From positions 1,663 to 65,662 of the forward strand of contig JASLLZ010000002.1 of NCBI GenBank assembly GCA_030746775.1: a DNA stretch of 64,000 nucleotides. Direction: 5' to 3'. The notes below the pieces were generated by a model, which did not search any database, was not told where the DNA came from, and was given only the letters and a program-made list of their open reading frames with translations. The position numbers and the translations under genes were made by a program. Of the stretch, positions 48,712 to 57,786 are shown piece by piece. This stretch comes from Rhodospirillales bacterium (GTDB lineage: Bacteria; Pseudomonadota; Alphaproteobacteria; Rhodospirillales; JASLLZ01). How positions within the stretch are numbered: the first letter of the stretch is position 1; every line of letters starts with the position of its first letter.

Positions 48712-49527
48712 TCATCCGTTGACCGTTTCCGCATCGGAGTCGAAAAAACGGGTGATCGAGCCATCGGCCATCATGGCAACGGCCTTTTCATAATCCTTCG
48801 CCGTATCGATCTCAAGCCAGCCGCCGGCGACCGGCACTGCGTGAACCGCGACGCCGGAAAGAATTACCTCCATCAAAAGATCGGTCATGTAGGCACCCGT
48901 CAAGGGCCGCTTTTCCATCCATGGGCGGGGCACCGCCCCGAGCCCGGCACGGGCGGCCCGCAAAGCGTCGATGCCTCCGTTCCTGAACCGCATCAAGCCA
49001 ATGTACTGAGCCTCGATTTCATCAATGTCCGTGACCTTGTTCCCGACATCGGTAATGCAGCCGCGGGCGTCCATGCGCAGGCTTTCGGCGTCGCTTAGGG
49101 GATCTTCGAAGCGGTGCTCCCAATAGGTCCGCCAGTTGCGATCGACGACGATGGAGATCTCTTCAGGGCTGTTGAGCAGGGCAGCGAGGACGCGTGGTTC
49201 ATAGACGATGTCGCTGTAAGAGACAATCAGGTCGCGACCGAACTCGGCCGCCGTGCAAAACAGGGATTCCACCATGTTCGTGGTCTCCCAATGAGGGTTC
49301 AGAATCTGGCGCGTCCCGGGAAGGTTCAACATCTCGCCCCGGTACCCGGTGGCGATGACGATGTCCTTGATGCCAGCGCCTCCGAGGGTGGCGATCTGGC
49401 GTCCGATCAGGGTTTGGCCGCCAAGTTCGGCCAGGCATTTCGGACGGTCCTTGGTATAAGCGTCGAGGCGACTGCCGCGTCCAGCGGCCAGAATGATCGC
49501 CCTCGGGCGAGACCGATCCCCGATCAT
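48712..49527 (-). CDS. LicC-family nucleotidyltransferase (Cj1416-like)
   Basis: AIILAAGRGSRL..PKCL, TNMVESL, SYSDIVY, AQYIGL, WLEIDT. Confidence 0.88.
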   Translation of the reverse strand: MIGDRSRPRAIILAAGRGSRLDAYTKDRPKCLAELGGQTLIGRQIATLGGAGIKDIVIATGYRGEMLNLPGTRQILNPHWETTNMVESLFCTAAEFGRDLIVSYSDIVYEPRVLAALLNSPEEISIVVDRNWRTYWEHRFEDPLSDAESLRMDARGCITDVGNKVTDIDEIEAQYIGLMRFRNGGIDALRAARAGLGAVPRPWMEKRPLTGAYMTDLLMEVILSGVAVHAVPVAGGWLEIDTAKDYEKAVAMMADGSITRFFDSDAETVNG

Positions 49528-50315
49528 TTGGCGCGCGCGATAATCACGGCGGCGTTACAGAAGGCCGGCAAGAAGAGCCCGATCAACGTCTTCTGCACGG
49601 CGTTGCCAAGCAAGGACAGACGGTAGCCCTCCGCCCTCCCCTTGGTTTCATCGAAGGTCTTGTGGGACGCCGCCCGGAAAGGCCGGAACTTGTAGACGAA
49701 AGGCATATTCTCGACGAAATAGATGTCTTCAATGGCAAATCCGTTGCGCGAGAAGACGTCCTTCAATTCCTGTTGCGTGTGGTTGATTTTGTGGAACCGC
49801 CGCTCGCCGCCGGATTGTTTTCGGTCGGTCAGCCAATCGATCATGCGGTTTTGGATGTTATCGAGTCGCATCGCCGCGCAGAGATGACCCCCGGTCTTCA
49901 AGACGCGGCGGGTTTCGCGGACCGCGTCGGCGATCCCTTGTTCCAAATTGTGATAGAGACCGAAAGCCAGGACACAAGAGAGACACTCATCGGCAAAAGG
50001 AAGTTTTTCCACGTCGGCGGCGGTCAATGGGATGGCGGGGACCGCTTGTTTGATCTTTTGGACCGCCGTCGGGATGAAATCCATGCCGATGATGTCGCGT
50101 CCCTGTTGGTGGTAGAAGCGCACGACCCTTCCGGCACCGCAACCGGCCTCGAGGATGGGGCCGCTGACCGTAAGTCGACGCAGGGTGTCTTCGGCGAATT
50201 TCCCGGGGTAGCGTTTCAGGTTGAGCTTGCCGGTATCGGCATCGACGTCGTCCCACCGGGCCTGCCAGTAGGCCCGGCTGCCGCCATGAGAACGATAGGT
50301 GATTCGTGCCATCAA
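49524..50315 (-). CDS. Class I SAM-dependent methyltransferase
   Basis: ILEAGCGAG, LPFAD, RVLKTGG. Confidence 0.88.
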   Translation of the reverse strand: MMARITYRSHGGSRAYWQARWDDVDADTGKLNLKRYPGKFAEDTLRRLTVSGPILEAGCGAGRVVRFYHQQGRDIIGMDFIPTAVQKIKQAVPAIPLTAADVEKLPFADECLSCVLAFGLYHNLEQGIADAVRETRRVLKTGGHLCAAMRLDNIQNRMIDWLTDRKQSGGERRFHKINHTQQELKDVFSRNGFAIEDIYFVENMPFVYKFRPFRAASHKTFDETKGRAEGYRLSLLGNAVQKTLIGLFLPAFCNAAVIIARAK

Positions 50316-50347
50316 TCAAGTCCCCGGGAGCAGAATGCAAGGATTTT

Positions 50348-50974
50348 TCATGGTGACGACGGCCCGCCGATCAGGCTTTCAAGCAACTTGCGGTCGCCGC
50401 CCGGGGCGCCGCGCCGTTCCGCATGCCACATGATCGCCGCAATCGGCAGGGTTTGGTGAAAAAAGGCCTCGACGTTACCGTCTCCATCGTGTGCCGCCCC
50501 AACCAGGCCGCCGCCCAGCCCATCCGCCGGCACCGCCTGGGTATGAAAGGAATTAACCATCGTTTCAGAGTCGTAATAATCCCGCCATGACGCGCCCACG
50601 CTGACCGCGTGCGGACGCGCCACATGGCCGTCGACGGGGACCAGGCGGCCACCGAAGTGAAGGTTTATGAGCTGCATGCCGCGGCAAACGCCAAGGACGG
50701 CGAGGCCGCTTCCAATGGCATGCTCCAACAGCCTGTTTTCCGATGCGTCGCGTTCAGGCGTGGCGCCAAGATCGTCGCCCCCCGTAAGGACCAATAAATC
50801 GGCGCCCAGGCCGTCCAGGTAGCTCTCGGGAGCACTCAGGTGATTGGGCACCAGCAGTGGCGTCATGTCCCATTCGCCGAGCCGCGTCAGCCAGTCATGA
50901 CTGATGGAATCGCGGGGCTCCACGTATTCCGACGCCTGGGTCACGCGCATGGTCAGGGCCACCCTGGGTGTCAT
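50348..50974 (-). CDS. Type 1 glutamine amidotransferase/peptidase C26 (Cj1417-like gamma-glutamyl hydrolase)
   Basis: TGGDD, GVCRGMQ, VNSFH, MWHAER; Y.E.RD N-terminal motif. Confidence 0.88.
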   Translation of the reverse strand: MTPRVALTMRVTQASEYVEPRDSISHDWLTRLGEWDMTPLLVPNHLSAPESYLDGLGADLLVLTGGDDLGATPERDASENRLLEHAIGSGLAVLGVCRGMQLINLHFGGRLVPVDGHVARPHAVSVGASWRDYYDSETMVNSFHTQAVPADGLGGGLVGAAHDGDGNVEAFFHQTLPIAAIMWHAERRGAPGGDRKLLESLIGGPSSP

Positions 50975-50977
50975 CTT

Positions 50978-53323
50978 CTAATGCCCGGTGATGCGGCGCG
51001 CCGCCGCGTTGAGTTCGATGACCGCCGCCGCTGCCAGGGATTCGTACAGGCGCTCGCCGCAGCCGATGGCGGCGGGCAGGCCGAACTCGGCGCAGCGCAC
51101 GGCCATGTGGGAGTTGGCGCCGCCGTACTTGGTCACCAGGCCGGCGATGGCGTGGGAGAAGATCCAGTCGAACCCCGGATCGGCGCTTTCGATGAGGACG
51201 ATGCCGCCGTCGATGTCCGGCGCCCCCTCGACGTCCAAGCGCCGCGCCGGGGCGGTCACCGATTGTCCGGTGATGAAGGTCGGATGGCCGAGCGGCAGGC
51301 GCACCACGTCGATATCCTTGGTCTCGCAGATCAGGTGGGGCAGGCGGATGGCGCGCGTCACTTCGTAGGCCTCGCGCTGGCTGGCGATGCGCTCGCGCAA
51401 GGCGGCGCCGTCACGGTCTTCCAATATATCCCCGATGGTGAGAAACGAGAGATCGTCGCGCTCGAGGCCCAGGGCGGCGCCCCATTGGACCAGGATCGAG
51501 AGCGTCTCGCTGATCGAATGCGTGAAGGCGAACTTGGCCTCCTCGCGCAGGCGCACGGCATCGGCGATGTAGGCCAAAAGGGCATCGGGGTCCAAGGCGT
51601 AACCGAACTCTCCGAGAAGGGTGGCGATGGCGGTGCGCTGGCCGGGGCTTGGCGCGAAGGGCTCGGCCGCGGCCGGCGCCGCGAGCCCGCTATGGCCGAT
51701 AAACAACTCGGGGCGTTCGTCATAGCGCCACGACGTGATGTCGTAGGTGCCGGGACGAAGGTGGCCATAGCGGGCCAGGAACGCCGCCTGGTCCATGACC
51801 CCGGCGCCGACGGCGTGCATGTCGTGGACCAGATCGGCGGCCACCGTGTGGATGGAGCGCATGAAGCGATCCACGTCGTCGGTGGTGAAAACGCCCCGCG
51901 TCACAAGGGAGCGCAGGAAAGCGACGCCAATGAATCCATGGCGCGCCAGCATGGAAAACGGCAGGGTGCCGTTCGTCTTGCAGCCGTCGAGGAGCGACCG
52001 CGCGCGGTCCAGCGACGGGGCGCCGGAATCCCCTGCGCCGTCCGCCAACAGCCCCCGTGCCTGGCGGGCCAGGGCTTCCAGGCCGCCATCGTGTTGGGCA
52101 AGGGCGTTTGCGGTGACTTGACCGAGCGCCCCTTCGAAGGCATCGGCCTCATCCGATGTCATGACGCCGGCGCCGATGCGCGCCCGGTCGTCGGCGAAGG
52201 CAAAATGACGGCAGGTGGCGGCGACCTCGAACTCGATCTTGTCGTGCAGGTCGGGCTGTTCGGCAAGCCGCGCCAACTGATCGTCGACCAGCCTTTGTGC
52301 CACGCCATGATCGAGGTCGGCGGGGAGGAAGGAGTTGAAGCTGAGTCTGACGTCGATATAGGGGCGGCCGTGGAAGTCGATCAGCAGCGGCGCCTCGACG
52401 CGGCGGTATCCCATGGCCGCCCGTGCCTCGGCCCAGACCCGGTCGGTGATCAGGTGTTTGTACAGCGACAGTGCCAGCGGCCGGGGCGCGTTGCCGATCA
52501 TCTCGGCCGGGTTCCAGTCCGGCATCTCGCCGAAGATGGTGCGCCCGCCGGCCAGTCCGGAACGCGGCGCCATACTTTCGCCGATGGTGGCGCGGATGGT
52601 ATCGATGGCGGCGTCGATCACCGGGTCGGGGACGGCGCGCCAGCGCCGCCGCGCCGCCAGGGGGCGGACCTGGAGGATATAGACCTGATCGTCGGCGGTG
52701 GTGCAGAACTCGATATCCAGGTGCTGGGTGGCGGTGACGCGTTCGATCTCGATGACGGCGTCGATCAGGGCCGCCATGCGCGGCGATTTGAGCGCCTCGG
52801 GCCGCGAACGGTGGACAAGGACGGTCTTGCTTTGGGCGCCGCCGGTAACGGTGTCCGTGCGGCCCGAAAAATCGTCGTAGTTGACCACGTAGTAGGGGCC
52901 GCCCGTATCCAACTCGCGGGTCAAGACGACGCCTGACAGCACCGTATTCTCGACCATGGGCTGGATCAGAACCTGGTCGCCGGCGGCCGGCGCGCGGTAG
53001 CTCTCGAAGACGGCGTCGATGGCGCGGGCAAGGTCCGGCGCGCGGGCCTCGACGTCGATCAGGCTGAGATGGGCGCCGGCGTGGGAGGCATCCCAGCCGT
53101 CCTCGCCGGCGGCGGACGATCGTACGGCGAGAAGCCCGGGCGCGAAGCGCCCGACAATGCGTTCGACGACCCGTTCCGGGCTTTGCCGCCACTCGTCCAC
53201 GGCGACCGTGATCTGCGGGCACAGCTTGGCTCCCGCGACTTGGGGGCCCAATTGTTCCAGCGTCTTTGCCTTGGTATTGAACGTGAAGGCTGCTGGCGCG
53301 GTGGCGGCGGATTCTACGCCTAT
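50978..53323 (-). CDS. PEP-utilizing/PPDK-like enzyme (Cj1418-like L-glutamine kinase)
   Basis: AVRSS, QPM, LQVRP, MPDWNPAEMIG, HDKIEF, YGHLRPGTYDI, GGANSHMA phospho-His domain; frame is open upstream of the TTG at 53251, start uncertain. Confidence 0.88.
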   Translation of the reverse strand: MGVESAATAPAAFTFNTKAKTLEQLGPQVAGAKLCPQITVAVDEWRQSPERVVERIVGRFAPGLLAVRSSAAGEDGWDASHAGAHLSLIDVEARAPDLARAIDAVFESYRAPAAGDQVLIQPMVENTVLSGVVLTRELDTGGPYYVVNYDDFSGRTDTVTGGAQSKTVLVHRSRPEALKSPRMAALIDAVIEIERVTATQHLDIEFCTTADDQVYILQVRPLAARRRWRAVPDPVIDAAIDTIRATIGESMAPRSGLAGGRTIFGEMPDWNPAEMIGNAPRPLALSLYKHLITDRVWAEARAAMGYRRVEAPLLIDFHGRPYIDVRLSFNSFLPADLDHGVAQRLVDDQLARLAEQPDLHDKIEFEVAATCRHFAFADDRARIGAGVMTSDEADAFEGALGQVTANALAQHDGGLEALARQARGLLADGAGDSGAPSLDRARSLLDGCKTNGTLPFSMLARHGFIGVAFLRSLVTRGVFTTDDVDRFMRSIHTVAADLVHDMHAVGAGVMDQAAFLARYGHLRPGTYDITSWRYDERPELFIGHSGLAAPAAAEPFAPSPGQRTAIATLLGEFGYALDPDALLAYIADAVRLREEAKFAFTHSISETLSILVQWGAALGLERDDLSFLTIGDILEDRDGAALRERIASQREAYEVTRAIRLPHLICETKDIDVVRLPLGHPTFITGQSVTAPARRLDVEGAPDIDGGIVLIESADPGFDWIFSHAIAGLVTKYGGANSHMAVRCAEFGLPAAIGCGERLYESLAAAAVIELNAAARRITGH

Positions 53324-53340
53324 GGGAGGAGACCTGGTGA

Positions 53341-54909
53341 TTATAGGACTTTCTTGCGGATCGCCGAGGACACCATGTCGATGACGAAGATGGTGGCGAA
53401 TATGATGAAGATGATTGCCGACACCCGGGGATATTCGAACATCCTGAACGACGACTGCAACTCATAGCCGATGCCGCCGGCGCCGACGATGCCCAGCATG
53501 GTCGCCATGCGGACGTTGCGGTCCAGGATGTAAAGGTTGTTGCCGACGAACGACGGCATGATCTGAGGCACCACGGCAAAGGCCAGAACCTGAAGCCGCG
53601 AGGCACCCATGGACCCGAGCGCCTCGATGGGACCGACGCTAACGTGCTCCATGTCCTCGGCGTAGAATTTGGCGAGGAACCCCATGGTGTGGAGCCCCAA
53701 CGCGATGACCCCCGGCATGGCGCCGAAGCCGACGGCGATAACCAAGATCATGGCCATGATGAACTCGGGCACGGCGCGAAAGAAGATGGTGATCGTGCGC
53801 GCCACCATGTAGAGGCCGACGTTGGGAGCGATGTTACGGGCCGAGAAAAGACCCGTCGGAATGGACAGAAGGATGGCCAGGAGTGTGCCCAGAACAGCGA
53901 TCTCGATGGTTTCCAGCATGGACAGCAAAAGGGTTCCGAGGTCGGAGAAATCGGGCGGCCACATCCTGGCACCGACGTCGGCGAAATAGGCCGATGCGTC
54001 CCTGAAGAGCGCCAGGGGATTGAATTCCAAGTCGACCATGATAAGGCCGATGACGGCGGCGGCGAGTAATACGCAGAGGCCGCTACGCCAGCCCCACTGG
54101 GGCCTGAGATAGGATTCGAGAAGCTTGCGCCGGGCCACCGCCGGGTCCAGGTAGCGCTCCATGGCGCCGCCGTATCCGCCGACATCGATGAATTCGTGGG
54201 CGTGCAGGATCAAGTCCTTGAGCTTCTCTCGCATCGAGTCATCGAGACTTCGCGAGCACACCAGCGGCGCGCCCGGAATGTCCTGGGAGCGGTGGATGAC
54301 GCGCAGGGCGCCGGGCGTCACGATGCCTTGGCGCTGGGCCTCCTCCATGTTTACCGAGCTTAGCGCGGCGACGTCGACCTGGCCGTCGAGGACGGCGCGC
54401 AGCGCCTCGTCATGGTTGGCGACGGAAATGACGCCGGCGAATTCGCCTTCGTTGTCGAGGTTGATCCCGGCATCGGCCAACTCGCGCTGGGGCACCATGA
54501 AGCCGCTCGTCGAGTGGCGTCCGCTAACGGCGATCCTTTTCGCCTTCACGTCTTTGAGGGCATGGATGGGAGAGGCGGCTTGGGTGACGAAGACGGATCG
54601 ATAATTGGGCGAGGTTTTGCCTTTGGGCACACCGACGGCCAACGCCTCGACCTGACCGTCGCGTGCCGCTTCGAGATAGGCGAAGGGGCCCAGCCACCCG
54701 ATCTCGGCGGTGCCCTCCGTAAGAGCCTCGATCGCCTCTTCGTAGCTTTTGCAGTAGACGAGTTCGATGGCGATGCCCGAGCGCTCCGCCAGATGACGCA
54801 CCAGGCCCCGAAGGTCCAACCCCTCGGCGTGGTCGCTGGCCGGAGCGACGACCAGTGTCAGGCCGTCGGTGCCGCCCTCGCGGTGTGATATGTCTCTTGT
54901 CTGGGTCAA
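53341..54909 (-). CDS. phnE: Fusion of PhnD-like binding domain and PhnE permease
   Basis: N-terminal WLGPFAY, STSG, NHD; C-terminal RAVPE, GPIEALGSMGA, LGIVGAGGIG. Confidence 0.85.
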   Translation of the reverse strand: MTQTRDISHREGGTDGLTLVVAPASDHAEGLDLRGLVRHLAERSGIAIELVYCKSYEEAIEALTEGTAEIGWLGPFAYLEAARDGQVEALAVGVPKGKTSPNYRSVFVTQAASPIHALKDVKAKRIAVSGRHSTSGFMVPQRELADAGINLDNEGEFAGVISVANHDEALRAVLDGQVDVAALSSVNMEEAQRQGIVTPGALRVIHRSQDIPGAPLVCSRSLDDSMREKLKDLILHAHEFIDVGGYGGAMERYLDPAVARRKLLESYLRPQWGWRSGLCVLLAAAVIGLIMVDLEFNPLALFRDASAYFADVGARMWPPDFSDLGTLLLSMLETIEIAVLGTLLAILLSIPTGLFSARNIAPNVGLYMVARTITIFFRAVPEFIMAMILVIAVGFGAMPGVIALGLHTMGFLAKFYAEDMEHVSVGPIEALGSMGASRLQVLAFAVVPQIMPSFVGNNLYILDRNVRMATMLGIVGAGGIGYELQSSFRMFEYPRVSAIIFIIFATIFVIDMVSSAIRKKVL

Positions 54910-54930
54910 GGTGGTTTTCCTTGGGCGCGG

Positions 54931-55728
54931 TCAGGCCGTGAAGCGCAAATCCTCTTCGGGGCGCGCCTGATCGGCACCTGGACCAAAGAACAGTCCTTGG
55001 TCGTGGCCCCGGTAAATATCTTGGATATATCCTTCGTCGACCTCGTCCGTAGGTCGGTCCATGACGATCCCGCCACCCGCCAGGCCGACGATGCGGTCGG
55101 CGAAGCGCAGTGCGAAATCAACCTGATGGAGGTTGCACACCACGGTAATGCCATGCGTCCGGTTGATGTCTTTGAGGAGCGACAGAATGTTAAAGGCGAT
55201 CAATGGATCCAGACTCGCCACCGGTTCATCGGCGAGCAGCACGGCGGGCTTCTTGATGATCGCCCGGGCGATTCCGACGCGCTGCTGCTGGCCGCCCGAC
55301 AGCCGGTCGGCCCGCGTATAGGCCTTGGCCAGGATGCCGACGCGGTCGAGGCATTCGAGCGCCCACAGCTTGTGCTCCTTGTTGAACAGATAGAGCAACG
55401 ACGCCATCGTCGCGGTGCGGTCAAGGACGCCGGTCAGGACGTTGTTGAGGGCGGTCAAGTTGCCGACCAGGTTGAAGTCCTGAAAAATCATGCCAATGCG
55501 CCCGCGGACTTGGCGCAGGGAGTCCTTCGCGACACGCCGACCTTCGAGTTCGACGGTGCCGGTGCTCGGCGTTACCAGGCCGTTGATACAGCGTAGAAGC
55601 GTCGTCTTTCCCGAACCGCTGGGGCCTAAGACGACGACGAATTCGCCCTTGCCGACCTCGAGGGACACGTCGGAAAGGGCCCGCGTTCCGTCCTCGAAGG
55701 TCTTACCCAGGTGGGCGATGCTCAGCAT
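54931..55728 (-). CDS. phnC: Phosphonate/phosphite ABC transporter ATP-binding protein
   Basis: GPSGSGKTT, LSGGQQQRVGIARA, ADEPVASLDP, NLHQV; start at MLSI. Confidence 0.92.
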   Translation of the reverse strand: MLSIAHLGKTFEDGTRALSDVSLEVGKGEFVVVLGPSGSGKTTLLRCINGLVTPSTGTVELEGRRVAKDSLRQVRGRIGMIFQDFNLVGNLTALNNVLTGVLDRTATMASLLYLFNKEHKLWALECLDRVGILAKAYTRADRLSGGQQQRVGIARAIIKKPAVLLADEPVASLDPLIAFNILSLLKDINRTHGITVVCNLHQVDFALRFADRIVGLAGGGIVMDRPTDEVDEGYIQDIYRGHDQGLFFGPGADQARPEEDLRFTA

Positions 55729-55741
55729 GGCCGAGGGATCG

Positions 55742-56623
55742 TCACTTTTTCTTCGATTGGCGCAGCAAGCGGTCGACCGCGCGCAGTGTGTCGTAGTCGG
55801 AATCCTTGACTTCCACATAGCGCTCCATCTCGCCGCCGTAGCCGCCGATACGGCCATGCTTGTGGGCCTCCAGCGTGGCGCGCTTGATGGCGTCGCGTAC
55901 CTCTTGGGGCAACCGCTTGGAATAGGCCAAGGGCGGCGGCGGCACGGGAGGTGAGGTGTGGATGATGCGCACCTCGGCCCGCTTGAAGGTGCCGTCGGCA
56001 AGGCGGGCGTCGAAATTGCGCGAACTCATGCCGCAAACGTCGGCGTGTTTGTTGAGCACGGCAAGCAGGCAGGCGTCGTGGCTGCCGGCGTAGACGACCC
56101 GTTTGAAGTGTTCGCGATTGGTCGTCGAGAGGCCGACCTTTCTGAGCTCCACCTGGGGGATGAGATCCCCCGATGTAGAGCCGATGGTGTTGAGGGCCAA
56201 AGTCTTGCCACTTACATCTGTGAGGGTCTTGAGGGGACTGTCGGCCGGGACGACGAAGTGGGCAAAATAGCCGGCCGTAGTGTCACCCTTACGGATGCCG
56301 GCGGCAAAAGCTTCGGCATCGGCGATCTCGGCGGCCATGATGTAAGTCTTGCCGCCGTACCAGGCGATCTCGGCGCGTCCGGCCCGCATGGCCTCGACGG
56401 CGGCGTTGTAGTCGGTGATTTTAATGGGCTTGATCTCATAGCCGGTCAGGTCGCCGATGATCTTGATCAGGTTGACGTAGTCCTTTTCGTCGCCTTTCTC
56501 GCTGGCCGGAACGAAGACCATGTTGAGCTTAAGCGCGGCGGCTTGGGAAGGCGCCGGACTCAAGGACAAACCGGCGGCCAGGGTCACGGCGACGATCAGT
56601 ATTCTTGCGTATGATTTATTCAT
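55742..56623 (-). CDS. phnD: Phosphate/phosphite/phosphonate ABC substrate-binding protein
   Basis: Signal peptide; DYNAAVEAM, STSG, AGSHDA, DSDYD. Confidence 0.88.
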   Translation of the reverse strand: MNKSYARILIVAVTLAAGLSLSPAPSQAAALKLNMVFVPASEKGDEKDYVNLIKIIGDLTGYEIKPIKITDYNAAVEAMRAGRAEIAWYGGKTYIMAAEIADAEAFAAGIRKGDTTAGYFAHFVVPADSPLKTLTDVSGKTLALNTIGSTSGDLIPQVELRKVGLSTTNREHFKRVVYAGSHDACLLAVLNKHADVCGMSSRNFDARLADGTFKRAEVRIIHTSPPVPPPPLAYSKRLPQEVRDAIKRATLEAHKHGRIGGYGGEMERYVEVKDSDYDTLRAVDRLLRQSKKK

Positions 56624-56670
56624 TGCTTTTCTCTCTTCGTTGCGTGCCGGTTTTATCCTCCGGCGTCGTG

Positions 56671-57786
56671 TCACTCCTCGAACTCCAAGAGCGCTTTTTC
56701 GTAGTCCTCGACGGTGTCGATTTCCTTCCAGCCGCGTTCGATGATGACGCAGTGGACGGGAACGCCAAGGTCGGCCATCTCCTGGATCATGTCGGTGAGA
56801 TAGGCCTTCTCGAAGGTCTCCGCCCTCTGAAACGGCTTGCCCCAGTAGAGGGCCTTGGCACGATGGAAGTGGCGCTTGAAGATTTCCGCCCCTCTCGGGG
56901 TCAGCTTCATCATGCCGATGAACTCGCCGTGGACGTCACGCTTGTCGGTCAGAATCTTGCCGATATTCACGACGTTGTTGTTGGCGTCGAAGATGACGTT
57001 CTCGGCCTCGTCGATGGGGTGCTGCTTGCGCCCGACGTAGGTGCCCTTCCAGTCAATGTCGACGACGATGGAGATGTCGTGCTCGGAATCGAGCAATCGG
57101 CGTACCACGTGGTCTTCGAACAAGATGTCGGAATAGGCGACGATGACGTGGCCGTTGATCTCGTCCTCGGCGCAGAAGATAGAATTGAGGATGTTGTTGT
57201 TCTCAAAGTTCGGGTTCTCGTGATAGCGGATGCCCTTGTATTTGATCTTGTCCTTCTTGTAGCCGCGCACCAGGGCGATGTCCTTGGCCCCGCAGGCCTT
57301 GTAGACGCTGAGCTGGCGCTGCAACAACGTCTTGCCGCCGAAGTCGAGCAGGCACTTGGGCTTGTTTTCGGTGTAAGACCTCATTCGGCTGCCCAATCCC
57401 GCCGCGATGATGAGAACACGCGTATTGGATGCCATCATGGTCTCCTTGATCCGCCTTATCTCGGCACCGTTAAGGCCGTAGTCGGCGATGGCGCGCAAAA
57501 GCCCGACAATGTCGGGGTTGTCCAGGACAAGCTCCCCGACGTCCGGCGGAATGGCGTTGCGCGACCGCCCTGCCAGGTCGAAGATGCGTTCGGCGTCGGC
57601 CTCCAGGATATCGGCCATGGCCCTGACCAGTTCGGGCCTGGGCGCGACGCGCTTGTCCTTCTCGATGTCGTTGAGATAGGACGGCGAGACGTCGAGGGCG
57701 CGCGCCAGTTCGCGCTGGCCCATTCCCTTTTCAGAACGCAGGCGGCGAACGTGTCCGCCGAACGTCGTCGTGCCGGGACGCGGCAT
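56671..57786 (-). CDS. XRE-family HTH fused to LicC/PntC-like nucleotidyltransferase
   Basis: N-terminal QRELARALDVSPSYLNDIEK; then IIAAGLGSRM..PKCL, YSDI, GEFIG, WKEIDT; AGGAGG RBS. Confidence 0.88.
   Translation of the reverse strand: MPRPGTTTFGGHVRRLRSEKGMGQRELARALDVSPSYLNDIEKDKRVAPRPELVRAMADILEADAERIFDLAGRSRNAIPPDVGELVLDNPDIVGLLRAIADYGLNGAEIRRIKETMMASNTRVLIIAAGLGSRMRSYTENKPKCLLDFGGKTLLQRQLSVYKACGAKDIALVRGYKKDKIKYKGIRYHENPNFENNNILNSIFCAEDEINGHVIVAYSDILFEDHVVRRLLDSEHDISIVVDIDWKGTYVGRKQHPIDEAENVIFDANNNVVNIGKILTDKRDVHGEFIGMMKLTPRGAEIFKRHFHRAKALYWGKPFQRAETFEKAYLTDMIQEMADLGVPVHCVIIERGWKEIDTVEDYEKALLEFEE

Noticed and set aside
43755-48764. Simple sulfation module (cysC + sulfotransferase + sulfatase)
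   Set aside because: Not excluded but disfavoured: no ATP sulfurylase in the window, the sulfatase motif is absent, and the Cj1416-1418-like context explains the kinase better
53341-57786. De novo phosphonate biosynthesis or C-P lyase catabolism
   Set aside because: No PEP mutase, phosphonopyruvate decarboxylase or phnG-M genes in the window
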